Source: Cyanobacteria bacterium P01_A01_bin.123 (GTDB lineage: Bacteria; Cyanobacteriota; Cyanobacteriia; Phormidesmidales; Phormidesmidaceae). Taken from it: a DNA stretch of 64,000 nt. Location of the stretch: NCBI GenBank assembly GCA_039815185.1, contig JBCBZT010000027.1:1-64000 (forward strand). The letters run 5' to 3'. The notes under the pieces were generated by a model. That model was not told where the DNA came from and did no database searches. It worked only from the letters and a program-made list of their open reading frames with translations. Position 1 is the first letter of the stretch; every line of letters begins with the position of its first letter. The translations under genes were made by a program, and so were the position numbers. Positions 40,024 to 49,866 of this stretch are shown in pieces.

Positions 40024-40860
40024 CTAAAAAACCTTGCAACTAAGTGCAAGCATCTCATCTAGAAAACTGTCATAGGCATCCCAAACGGCCTGCATCTTTA
40101 AGTTGATTAGATCGTGGGGCGCACTCAGTTGTTCTAATCGGCGCGTTAACTGCATCACATCGCCAGCATGATCAGCCTCAACTGCGATATATCGCCTCAG
40201 CCAAGCTAAATCATAGGCAGAAATTGCCTGGGTTCGTTCGATTTGGGCTTGAATTGCTAATGCTAATTGATAGGCACAAATCTTGCCCGCGAGTAACGCC
40301 CCCAGGGCTAAGAACGGCTCTTGATCGGTGTAGTAACCTTCAAGTTGTTGCTTTAGATTTGTCCCTGGACTCTTAATCGCAACGGTATCAAACTGACTAG
40401 CTGGAACAGGTTGCAATCGCCGCCAGGGATTGAGGGCGTAATAAAGCCGATCAAACAACACGCGATGAATTCGTTCAGGCTTGCCATGGCCCAGCTCATC
40501 GTAGAGCTGCCGGACCAAAACACAGCTAATGATTTCATCGTCAATGTGGCAGAGCATCGTTGAGAGCCACTGGGCCATATTGCTGTGGACCTGCCGCAGA
40601 TTATGGAAAAGCAACCATAGGCTGGTGAGATCCAGCGGTTTGGCCTGGAGCCACTCAAAGTAAGGATGGGTGGCAACCTCCCTGTGCTCGAAGGACTTGA
40701 TCAGGATTTCTAAACTTTGGGGGTAATCCATAGACGGGTGCCCATTCATGAGCTGGCCTGTCACAACACCGGAGGGCTGGGGTTCAATTAGGGTTAAGGT
40801 TTGATGGGCCATCTTGTTTTCCTGATGTGCAGATACGCGATTGATCTTTGGAGGGCACAA
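40024..40860 (-). CDS. Heme-oxygenase-like protein with degenerate ligands, copy 2
   Basis: Near-identical to 21397..22245; alternative ATG at 40812. Confidence 0.75.
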   Translation of the reverse strand: MCPPKINRVSAHQENKMAHQTLTLIEPQPSGVVTGQLMNGHPSMDYPQSLEILIKSFEHREVATHPYFEWLQAKPLDLTSLWLLFHNLRQVHSNMAQWLSTMLCHIDDEIISCVLVRQLYDELGHGKPERIHRVLFDRLYYALNPWRRLQPVPASQFDTVAIKSPGTNLKQQLEGYYTDQEPFLALGALLAGKICAYQLALAIQAQIERTQAISAYDLAWLRRYIAVEADHAGDVMQLTRRLEQLSAPHDLINLKMQAVWDAYDSFLDEMLALSCKVF

Positions 40861-41319
40861 CTATTGCTCAATTCTGCTCATCATCGTTTCATTGTGGTTT
40901 AGGCCGCAGTTGTCAATCTCGCCACACTCATCTCCGCAACCACCACCTGCGATCTTTTCTAGATCTTCTTCACCTAGTTCAGCGATCTGAGCTGACCCGG
41001 ATTGAATAGATGCTGTTGTATTGACTATCGTTTCGTTATGATTAGCTCCTAACTCAGGGTCTGTACTATGACCAGAACCACTTGCGATCGCCGCTAAGTC
41101 TTCCTCACTTAGTTCAATGATTTGGACTGACTTAGATTGAGTGGTGGCTTGCAAATTTTTAACCGCATTAACCATCGTTTCATTATGGTTATAGCCTAAA
41201 GCACCTCCTGCAATTCCCTCTAGATCTTCTTCTGCTAATTCAATTAGTTTTTGTGGTGAGATTTGAGCAGCAGAGGGCTGTTTTTTAGGCTTGGTTTGAT
41301 GTTGTTTAAGAATTGTCAT
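40861..41319 (-). CDS. Three-cassette NHNET precursor
   Basis: Probable ATG 41319; cores ALGY, GHSTDPELGA, GCGDECGEIDNCGL. Confidence 0.88.
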   Translation of the reverse strand: MTILKQHQTKPKKQPSAAQISPQKLIELAEEDLEGIAGGALGYNHNETMVNAVKNLQATTQSKSVQIIELSEEDLAAIASGSGHSTDPELGANHNETIVNTTASIQSGSAQIAELGEEDLEKIAGGGCGDECGEIDNCGLNHNETMMSRIEQ

Positions 41320-41641
41320 GGGTTTGTCTCTGTAGGGTTTCATAGATGTGTCGGCTGTGTGACACTCATGTCTCAAGCCTATTGAATTAGATGGTATTTG
41401 TCGCTACAAAAAAGTCACGGATTTAGTCATGTGACCTCATAAGCTATCCTGAGCTGGACCTTATTGATGGGAGATAACCCTGACAGAATCTGGCATCTAG
41501 ACATGCCTCAATCACAAAGAAAATTGAAAAAAAAATCAAGCAGAGCCCTGTTGGACAACTGCAACCTCATGTCATCTCATACAATCCTAGGGACGACTAG
41601 TGTTAGCCGTCTTCCTCCCGCTGTACCTCCGTTGCCCTAGA

Positions 41642-44600
41642 ATGGACCTTGAAACCATTCTCACCCTTGTGAATGATGCGATGTCTGCAAAGATTGGTAG
41701 ACCGCTGAATGATGCCGAGCGGGTGCTGTTCAAGGGGGCCTGGTACGGGCAAACCTATGGGGTCATTGCGGCTGAATCCGGCTATGCGTCCAGCTATCTC
41801 ACCCGAGTGGTGGGGCCAAAGTTCTGGAAAGATCTCAGTCAGACGCTGGATGAAAATGTCAGCAAGACCAGCTTTCGGCCTGTTATTGAGCAACGCTATG
41901 CCCAGATGGCAAGCAGGTCATCCCATGACACATTGCCTTTGCCGTCGATTTCGCCAACCGCTTCTCCGACCGCGATCGCTGCCTTTAGATCCAGCCAATT
42001 CCCCCAAATTGATTGGGGAGAAGCTCCCAATGTCTCTCACTTTTATGGTCGACAGACCGAACTTGAGACATTGATCCAATGGGTTGTAAACGATGGCTGC
42101 CACCTGGCGGCGATCTTAGGCATGGGGGGCATTGGCAAAACCGCCCTGACCGCTAAGTTCGTAGAAACGTTGGCAGAACAGACAGACTGTCCGTTCGCAC
42201 ACATTATTTGGCGATCGCTACGCAATGCCCCCTCTCTGGAGTCGTTGTTGGCAGAACTGGTGCCGTTTCTGTCCCATCAGCAGGCAACTGAACCCACGAT
42301 TCGGCAACTCCTGCAATGCTTGCAGGAGTCCCGCTGCTTGCTGATTCTTGATAACACGGAAACGATTTTGCAGTCAGGCAGTCAAGCCGGATATTATCGT
42401 TCGGGCTACGAGGACTATGGTGAACTGCTGCGAGTGATGGGTGAATTGCGTCATCAAAGCTGCCTGATTCTGACCAGCCGCGAGAAACCAGCTGAAATTG
42501 CGATGTTTGGAGGGTTGGAGTTGTCTGTGCGATCGCTCACCCTTAGCGGTTCGCTAGAGACAGCTTTGGCACTGGTTGACGCCACGGACTTAGTGGGCAC
42601 CGCCGAGCAAAAACAGGACCTCTGTAAACACTACGGATGCAGTCCGCTGGCCTTGAAGATTGTCGTCAGTTCGATTCAAGACTTATTTGAGGGCCATATT
42701 TCGCCGTTTTTAGCCGAAGAAACGATCGTCTTTAATGGCGTGCGTCGTTTGCTTGACCAACAATTTGAACGTCTTTCTGAGCTAGAACAGACCATCATGT
42801 ATTGGCTAGCCATTAATCGCGATTGGACCTCAATTTCAGAGTTCGCCACTGATATCCTGCCTAAGGTCGCCCGGTCTCAGTTATTGGCCTCTTTGGAATC
42901 GCTCAGTTGGCGATGTCTCCTTGAGACGGCTTCGCCAACGCTGATCGAAAAACAATCCGGCAAATATACACAACAACCTGTCGTCATGGAGTACTTCACC
43001 GAATCCCTGACGCAGCAGATTGCTCAAGAACTGAGCAATCAAGAGTTCTCACTATTGACCCACCATGCACTACTCAAAACCACGGCAAAAGACTTCGTCC
43101 GTGACAGTCAATGCCGATTGATACTAGAGCCCATCCTGGATAATTTGCAAACCCGGCTGCGATCGCCCTCAGCGTTAGCGGGTCACATCCAGGAAATTTT
43201 AGAAACCCTCCGCACCAAAGACGCTTATCGCCTGAGCTATGCAGGGGGGAACTTACTCAACCTGTGCCGCCAACGTCAACTTGATATCACTGGCTATGAC
43301 TTCTCTAGACTGGCTATCTGGCACGCTTGTCTTCAAGATGTTAACCTGCGCCAGGTCAATTTTGCCCAGGCAGAATTTGCCCAAACTGCCTTTGCCCAAA
43401 CCTTTAGCAGTATTTTAGCGATCGCTTTTAGCCCCGATGGTGAGCTAATAGCGACAGGAGATAACAATCTTGAAATTCGCCTATGGCGGGTAGTCGATGG
43501 TCAACTCCTGTTAACGTTGCAAGGACATATGGACTGGGTGCGGACTGTCGCGTTTAGTCCCGATGGGCAGACGCTGGCCAGTGGCAGTGATGACAACACG
43601 ATACGCCTATGGGATGTGCAAACCGGGAAATCTCTTAAAACCCTGGAAGCCCATACAGGCCGAGTCTGTGCCGTCATGTTTAGTCCGAATGGCCTTACCC
43701 TAGCCAGCAGCAGCGAAGATCAAACCCTGCGCTTGTGGGATATCCGTAGCGGTGAGTGCCTGAATGTGTTGACAGGCCATACTCAACAGATCTGGTCTGT
43801 TCAGTTTGACGCTGAAGGCAAACGACTGGTCAGCGCAGGGGAAGATAATACTATCAAGCTCTGGGATGTGCAGACTGGCCATGGTCTCAAAACCCTGAAA
43901 GGGCATACCAATTGGATCGGGTCGGTTGCTTTTAGCCCGGATGGGCAACTGGTAGCAAGCGGCAGTCATGATCAAACAGTGCGTCTTTGGGATGTTGGGA
44001 CTGGGCAATGCCTTAAAACCTTGAGCGGTCACACCAACTGGATTTGGACTGTAGCTTTCAGCCCAGATGGGCAGATCCTCGCTAGTGGCAGTGAAGATCG
44101 TGCAGTGCGGCTGTGGGATGTTGATACGGGCCAATGTCTCAAGATTCTAGAAGGGCATACCCATCGAGTATGGGCCATTGCTTTCAGTCCTAATAATGCA
44201 ATGCTGGCCAGTGGTGGCGGCGATCAGACCGTGCGCTTTTGGGAGATATCTCAATTAGGGGCGGTGCTGTCCTATCCAGGAGTTGGTTCAGATAGCGGTT
44301 CAACTAAGCCACAACTCATTTCTGGTCAGTGCTTGAGAACACTGCAAGGCTATACCCGTCAGGTGTGGACGGTGACCTTTAGTCCCGATGGGCAGTCTCT
44401 TGCCAGTGGCGGTGACGAAACGTTTATTCGGCTCTGGCAGGTTGATAACAGCCAATGCTACAAAACCTTAACCGGTCATACCCATCGCGTCACTGCCGTT
44501 GCCTGGAGCCCCGATGGTACGATGCTGGCTAGTTGTGGGGAAGATCAAACCATTCGACTCTGGAATGCGCACACCGGGCAATGCCTTAAAACCTTGAGCG

Positions 44601-45376
44601 GGCATACCAAGCAACTCTGGTCCGTGGCCTTTAGCCCCGATGGTGCCCTCCTGGCCAGTGGGGGGGAAGATCAAACAATCAAATTGTGGCAGGTTGAAAC
44701 AGGAGACTGCTTAAGAACCATTGAAGGGCATACCAACTGGATCTGGACCCTCGAATTCAGTCCTACTGCCCCATTGTTGGTCAGCAGTAGTTTTGACCAC
44801 ACCGTGAAACTCTGGGATATCCAAACCGGCGATTGTGTCAGAATCCTGGCAGGTCACCAGGGCTCGGTAATGGGCGTGGCTTTTAGCCCCGATGGCACCC
44901 GCCTGGCCAGTGGCAGCATGTACGATCAGACCGTCCGAATGTGGGATGTGCAGACAGGAGATTGCTTAAACGTTTTGACGGATCAGCTGGTTATGTGTCT
45001 TGCCTTCTCTCCACCAAACAGCGCATCATCCTCAACGCAAGCCTCCATTCTCGCCGTAGGGGGGGTGGATCAGAGCTTAAAGTTTTTGCATCCTGACACT
45101 GGCAAAGGGATCAGCCTGCCGCAAGCCCACCAGCGTTGGCTCTTTGACCTGGGATTTAGTCCAGATGGTCAAACCCTGGCCAGTAGTAGTGCCGATGAGA
45201 CAATTAAGTTGTGGGATGTGAATACAGGAGAGTGCCTGAAAACCCTCAGACCCGATCGCCCCTACGAAGGTATGAACATCACTGGGGCAATTGGTTTAAC
45301 CCAAGCCCAAAAGGCGGCTTTACAAAGCTTGGGAGCAATCGATCAAGACGAAAATGCAGGTGCTGTCCTCCAATAA
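41642..45376 (+). CDS. HTH-NB-ARC-pentapeptide-WD40 (STAND) protein with a different N-terminal HTH
   Basis: [43 protein letters not shown]40 repeats; probable ATG 41642. Confidence 0.92.
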   Translation: MDLETILTLVNDAMSAKIGRPLNDAERVLFKGAWYGQTYGVIAAESGYASSYLTRVVGPKFWKDLSQTLDENVSKTSFRPVIEQRYAQMASRSSHDTLPLPSISPTASPTAIAAFRSSQFPQIDWGEAPNVSHFYGRQTELETLIQWVVNDGCHLAAILGMGGIGKTALTAKFVETLAEQTDCPFAHIIWRSLRNAPSLESLLAELVPFLSHQQATEPTIRQLLQCLQESRCLLILDNTETILQSGSQAGYYRSGYEDYGELLRVMGELRHQSCLILTSREKPAEIAMFGGLELSVRSLTLSGSLETALALVDATDLVGTAEQKQDLCKHYGCSPLALKIVVSSIQDLFEGHISPFLAEETIVFNGVRRLLDQQFERLSELEQTIMYWLAINRDWTSISEFATDILPKVARSQLLASLESLSWRCLLETASPTLIEKQSGKYTQQPVVMEYFTESLTQQIAQELSNQEFSLLTHHALLKTTAKDFVRDSQCRLILEPILDNLQTRLRSPSALAGHIQEILETLRTKDAYRLSYAGGNLLNLCRQRQLDITGYDFSRLAIWHACLQDVNLRQVNFAQAEFAQTAFAQTFSSILAIAFSPDGELIATGDNNLEIRLWRVVDGQLLLTLQGHMDWVRTVAFSPDGQTLASGSDDNTIRLWDVQTGKSLKTLEAHTGRVCAVMFSPNGLTLASSSEDQTLRLWDIRSGECLNVLTGHTQQIWSVQFDAEGKRLVSAGEDNTIKLWDVQTGHGLKTLKGHTNWIGSVAFSPDGQLVASGSHDQTVRLWDVGTGQCLKTLSGHTNWIWTVAFSPDGQILASGSEDRAVRLWDVDTGQCLKILEGHTHRVWAIAFSPNNAMLASGGGDQTVRFWEISQLGAVLSYPGVGSDSGSTKPQLISGQCLRTLQGYTRQVWTVTFSPDGQSLASGGDETFIRLWQVDNSQCYKTLTGHTHRVTAVAWSPDGTMLASCGEDQTIRLWNAHTGQCLKTLSGHTKQLWSVAFSPDGALLASGGEDQTIKLWQVETGDCLRTIEGHTNWIWTLEFSPTAPLLVSSSFDHTVKLWDIQTGDCVRILAGHQGSVMGVAFSPDGTRLASGSMYDQTVRMWDVQTGDCLNVLTDQLVMCLAFSPPNSASSSTQASILAVGGVDQSLKFLHPDTGKGISLPQAHQRWLFDLGFSPDGQTLASSSADETIKLWDVNTGECLKTLRPDRPYEGMNITGAIGLTQAQKAALQSLGAIDQDENAGAVLQ
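42915..42938. repeat. 24-nt small dispersed repeat inserted in a HIP1 site inside the STAND gene
   Basis: GCGAT-[GTCTCCTTGAGACGGCTTCGCCAA]-CGC; paralog 10576..14172 has intact GCGATCGC here. Confidence 0.75.
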
Positions 45377-45424
45377 TCTTGTTAAAGAAACAATCTTTCA
45401 GCGACCACTTATGCTTGCTTTTGT

Positions 45425-48400
45425 TTACTCCCAAAGCAACACGGAAGGCAGTTCATCCTGGGCTAACCGCAACAGTTCATAACCAATCCCAGTGGTGCCT
45501 TGGAAAAAGCCAGGGTTAAAGACAGAATTGGGCAGGTTAGCAAACAATTGGTATGCGCCGGATTGGTTGGCGCGGGCAACCACGGCAGCAGCTTTTTGTG
45601 AAGCAGCTTGTCGCCAATCTGGGCGATTGCAGCGTTGGGCTCCTACTAAAAGGACTTCAGCCACACCCAAATTACCGCAACAGAGATGATCAATGCCTTT
45701 TAGGCCTTGTTGTTGGGTAGTTTCTAGGGCAATTTGCAGGTCTTGCACCAGGGCTTCTGTCGGCCAAACATCCAGGCTACCCAGGCGTCCTAAGCCAATG
45801 CCAGCCGCGCCGTGGCACCATTGCACCGGAAAGGTAGGGCGACTTTCTGGATTGAGGTCGCGCAGGTCAGGCCAGTTTGCCTGAGTAGGAGAAAACACAC
45901 TGCGTTCGTAGGCCATCCCCTCTAGGGCGGCTTCTCGATAGTCTGGGTCATCGGTAATGGCGTAGAGGCGCAAGAGGGCGTAGGCAATCCCAGTGGCCCC
46001 ATGGGAGAAACCCGTCAGGGGTTTTTCGGCCAAGTTTTTCCAGGCTTTGGGGCCTGACGCTGGGTGGGTTTGTTGGCTGAGCAGGTGTTGTCCACAGGCG
46101 ATGGCTTTTTCTAAAACGGTGATCTCTCCTGTCACCTGATAGAGCGACAGCGATCCTAAAATGCTGCCCGCCGCACCGCTGATGATGTCCAAGGCTTGGT
46201 CAGCGGCAATCATCTCTGGTGTGATCATGGTTGCCAGGGTTTGCGCCTCCGTCAGGAAGGTTTCATCTTCTAAAAACTGACCCACCTTCACAAAGGTATA
46301 GATCATCGCAGTGATGCCAGTGGCAATGCCGATGCCCATCCGTCGCGCAAAGCGTTGGCGCGCGTCTGAAGTCATGCTGTTCAACTGTCGCCGTAGGGGG
46401 TGCAACACTCGCAGGGTCAGATCGCGGTAATGGGGCTCCTGGGTAACGTGGTACAGCCCCGCCAGGAACAGCGCTACGCCACAGCGCCCATCGTAGAGAC
46501 TGTCATTGAGGAGCTGGAGTTGATAGCGATTAGCTTGGGGGACAAACCCCAGGCTGATCCAGTTGAGGCTGCCGTCGGTATCTTGCAAGGCTCTGACCTC
46601 AAGGTCGGCTGCGATCGCACGGGCAGCCTGGATGAGTTGTTCGCGACTGAGCAGGGGCAGCTCGTTTGCCTGCCAGGGCCGGGCCTCATCGACGGACGGT
46701 TGGGCCACCCTGGCATAAAAGGCTCCCTGGATAATAGCCACCTGCTGGGCCAGGTTGGTTTCATTCAGGGCCTGGATTTGTGAGATGACATAGTCATAGC
46801 TGGGGCGCTTAAAATACTGAGAAATGGTCTGGATGTTTCTCAAAATCAAAGCATCGTTGCTGGTATTGGCGGTAAAAAAAGGAATATCCAGCTGCTCCAT
46901 AGCCCGCAGCTCAGCCTGGACAATGGGCCAGGCATTGGGCTGTTGTTGAGCTAACACAAAAGCCCGACTGAGGTAGTCCAACTCAATGCTATAGTCCACC
47001 CCATGCTTGAGATGATCTGGTGTCCAGGCTTTATTTAACAGAATGTAGTAGATGCGAGTGGCGCGCATAATAAACCGCACCTGCTGATTTTGTAACCCTG
47101 CCAATGGCCCCCCGGCGGCCAGCAGCAGACTTTGCTGCTGCATCAGGAACCGATACATGCACTCAAACCCGGTCACAATATGGACTTGATAGTCGTTGGG
47201 TGACAGGGGCGTATCGCCCAAATGGGGCACATTCTTGGCAATGGGTGCGGTGACTGTCTCGGCGCGCAAATGCATGTCGTCGGTATTCACCGCCTGCCAG
47301 CGGAGCACCTTGCAGGGGGCGGGTTGTGGGTCAGTACTGCCCAGGCCACTGATGTCAAAGGCAAGCCGCTGATCGGGGCTAAAATCCCACTGGGGCAGCA
47401 ACCCTGTACGCAAGACAGAGTCGCCAAACAGCTGGGTAGATTCTGTCTCTAGGGCCAGGGCATCCGGTGAATTTTCGATCAGGTGGACATCGTGTTGCAG
47501 CAGAGATTCTATATCAATCAGCACTAAATGCTCACCGCTGGCGATCAGGTTTTCATGGTGGCAGTCGGTGCCCCGCAACACATAGATTAAGCACGACAAC
47601 ATGCCTGCCCGTTGGTAAAAGCGCTCAACGGCGGCTTCATCATGGCAGGGCAACTGTTCAACATATTCGACCCAGCCATATCCATCGCGATTAAGCACCT
47701 GGATGACTTTGAAATCGAGCAGTTGATTGTGTTGATTACACCAGGTCAGTAGATGATTCCAGGCCACCTCTAAACCGGAATCTTTGGGTTTGTAGACCAG
47801 TGTGAGGCCCGACTCAAAGGTGAGCAGCAGCACCGTACGCCCCTGGTTGTGCGGGTCAGACAGGGATGCCTGGAGGTCAGTCACTTTGCCCAGGGGCGCA
47901 TTCTGACACTCAGAGTTAGATGCTTGAGCCCCCCCTACCCCCCAATATGGGGTGTTGTTGAGGCTAAAATCTCCTGAGCTTGGAGAAAATCGCTGCTGAA
48001 TGTCAGTTTGGTCTTGGGCCAGCCGCTGGATGAATTCAGCCGTGGCATCGACCCACAGATCAACCGCCACCGCAATCAGCCGCCCCAGGACAGGATAGGT
48101 TTGCAAGAAACTGAGCAATCCATCTGCCAGTAAGTCCGTCACAAATTGATGGTACTGGGTTTGGCTATGACCTGTTTCAGCCTCTTCGATACCCAAAAGA
48201 TTCAGTAAGTTTTGCCCCAGAGATCGTCCTTTAGAAAACTCAAAATCGAGGGTTTTGTTAGAAATTTGGGTGAGCCGTTGCAACAGGCTACGTTCTAGCG
48301 TGGTGTAAGCTTTCTCTGAAAGCAGAGAAAGCGACAGGATCTTGCCAGTGAGTTGGGTCACTCCCAGGCGCGTGAGCAAGTTTTGTCTGGCGACTTGCAG

Positions 48401-48817
48401 GGTGGGGAGCCAGATGTCTTCAAAGGGAGTGGGATGGTCAGGATCGCTCAGCCAGACCAGATCAGGGTTGGGGGTGAACCCTGCGCCAGTTTGGATCATT
48501 TGTCGCAGGGTCTCGGCCCAGGCGGGTAATGGCTGCCCCGCTGCAAACTTCACGGTACCCAGATAAGGCCGAACTTCGTCCAGGCTGAGTCCGTCCCATT
48601 CTAAGCGTTTCTGCAAAATCTCTAGCCTGTTTTCATGGGCGACGGTTTGACACCACCGCTCGCAGCGGCGATCCATGGCTGATGGGTTGCTCTGGTGGGG
48701 AGCAACCGTAAAGCGATCAGCATCGAGTCGCTCCCACAGGAAGCTAGCCTCGGCAACGATCGTGGCTAAATCGCCGTCGGTGAGTTGAGGGGATTTTGCA
48801 ATTAGGGTTGTAGACAT
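45425..48817 (-). CDS. lanM: Class II lanthipeptide synthetase (ProcM/CyanoLanM type)
   Basis: YKPKD, TDCHHENLIA, IDIESL, GFSHGATG, WCHGAAG, HLCCG. Confidence 0.95.
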   Translation of the reverse strand: MSTTLIAKSPQLTDGDLATIVAEASFLWERLDADRFTVAPHQSNPSAMDRRCERWCQTVAHENRLEILQKRLEWDGLSLDEVRPYLGTVKFAAGQPLPAWAETLRQMIQTGAGFTPNPDLVWLSDPDHPTPFEDIWLPTLQVARQNLLTRLGVTQLTGKILSLSLLSEKAYTTLERSLLQRLTQISNKTLDFEFSKGRSLGQNLLNLLGIEEAETGHSQTQYHQFVTDLLADGLLSFLQTYPVLGRLIAVAVDLWVDATAEFIQRLAQDQTDIQQRFSPSSGDFSLNNTPYWGVGGAQASNSECQNAPLGKVTDLQASLSDPHNQGRTVLLLTFESGLTLVYKPKDSGLEVAWNHLLTWCNQHNQLLDFKVIQVLNRDGYGWVEYVEQLPCHDEAAVERFYQRAGMLSCLIYVLRGTDCHHENLIASGEHLVLIDIESLLQHDVHLIENSPDALALETESTQLFGDSVLRTGLLPQWDFSPDQRLAFDISGLGSTDPQPAPCKVLRWQAVNTDDMHLRAETVTAPIAKNVPHLGDTPLSPNDYQVHIVTGFECMYRFLMQQQSLLLAAGGPLAGLQNQQVRFIMRATRIYYILLNKAWTPDHLKHGVDYSIELDYLSRAFVLAQQQPNAWPIVQAELRAMEQLDIPFFTANTSNDALILRNIQTISQYFKRPSYDYVISQIQALNETNLAQQVAIIQGAFYARVAQPSVDEARPWQANELPLLSREQLIQAARAIAADLEVRALQDTDGSLNWISLGFVPQANRYQLQLLNDSLYDGRCGVALFLAGLYHVTQEPHYRDLTLRVLHPLRRQLNSMTSDARQRFARRMGIGIATGITAMIYTFVKVGQFLEDETFLTEAQTLATMITPEMIAADQALDIISGAAGSILGSLSLYQVTGEITVLEKAIACGQHLLSQQTHPASGPKAWKNLAEKPLTGFSHGATGIAYALLRLYAITDDPDYREAALEGMAYERSVFSPTQANWPDLRDLNPESRPTFPVQWCHGAAGIGLGRLGSLDVWPTEALVQDLQIALETTQQQGLKGIDHLCCGNLGVAEVLLVGAQRCNRPDWRQAASQKAAAVVARANQSGAYQLFANLPNSVFNPGFFQGTTGIGYELLRLAQDELPSVLLWE

Positions 48818-49866
48818 GGGGGCGACGCTGAAGGTGTTGGGGGCGGTTGATTCTGGAGGGGAGGGGGCGACAGAGGTCGCTTCTGTCCTCGGTAAAGTCG
48901 CTGTAGTCGTTTGCGATATTCCACTAGAATTTGGTCAAAACGGCCAAGGCACATGCCAGTCAAATCCACCCGCAGATCGGCAATTTTTTCCAGCATTTGC
49001 TTGTCGCGTTTCACCTCATGATCGAGTACCCATCGCAAAATATGCTTCTGCACTAGATGGAAGATCAAACGCCCCCAGCGAGGGTTGGCTAGGTAATGCA
49101 ACGAGATGCACTGGGTTTGATGGTCATTGATCGGGTTGAAGAAAAAGACTGAGCGTAACCGTTCCTGACGAGGTTGACCGGTTTTGGAATTTTCCCAATA
49201 CATTTCGTAGGTGTGGTAAACCGGGGAGAAGTGCATGGTCAGGTGATTGAAAAAGCGATCGCCGCCGTACATCCCAAATAACTTTTCTAGGAGCCAAGGG
49301 AGGGGGCGTTGGGGCACAATCGACAATAGCTGGATACGATCCTCATGGCTAAAGTCAAAGATCGGCTCGACTACAGCCGTGTCGGCCAGGTTATACCCAA
49401 AGAAGGTATGGCTGGTGGGGGCATGCTCCATCTCGGCAAAGATATCCACCACCAGCTCCAGGGGCACATCAATCCGATGCTCTAGGGTGCAGCTAAACTC
49501 ATATTCAGGAAAATTTAGCTCGGGGAGTTGGGCCTTGCTGTCTGATGCTTTAACCCAGATCCACCTATACTGCTCTGTTGTTTCCAGGCTATGGGCACAA
49601 GGCCTGAGGTTAGGGGTACTCAGACTCTGGCCCTGACCATTGGGGGCATAGCACCAGCCATGGAAAGGACACACTAAGCGATCGCCCTCGACCCAGCCTT
49701 GACTCAGGCGCATCCGACGGTGGGGGCAGCTATCCTTGAGGGCACCAATCTCACCAGTCTGGGTGCGAAACAGAACAAATTCTTGTCCGCAGAGCTGGAT
49801 GGCAACCGGCTGCTGCGTTAACGCCTGACTTTGCAGGACAGGATGCCAGTGATCGAGTTCAGTCAT
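48802..49866 (-). CDS. Rieske non-heme iron oxygenase
   Basis: CPHR..CPFHGW Rieske motif; EMEHAPTSH mononuclear iron motif. Confidence 0.9.
   Translation of the reverse strand: MTELDHWHPVLQSQALTQQPVAIQLCGQEFVLFRTQTGEIGALKDSCPHRRMRLSQGWVEGDRLVCPFHGWCYAPNGQGQSLSTPNLRPCAHSLETTEQYRWIWVKASDSKAQLPELNFPEYEFSCTLEHRIDVPLELVVDIFAEMEHAPTSHTFFGYNLADTAVVEPIFDFSHEDRIQLLSIVPQRPLPWLLEKLFGMYGGDRFFNHLTMHFSPVYHTYEMYWENSKTGQPRQERLRSVFFFNPINDHQTQCISLHYLANPRWGRLIFHLVQKHILRWVLDHEVKRDKQMLEKIADLRVDLTGMCLGRFDQILVEYRKRLQRLYRGQKRPLSPPPLQNQPPPTPSASPPCLQP

Larger units (their letters stand above)
38848..41190. repeat. About 2.3-kb segmental duplication, copy 2
   Basis: Collinear with about 20230-22575. Confidence 0.85.
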
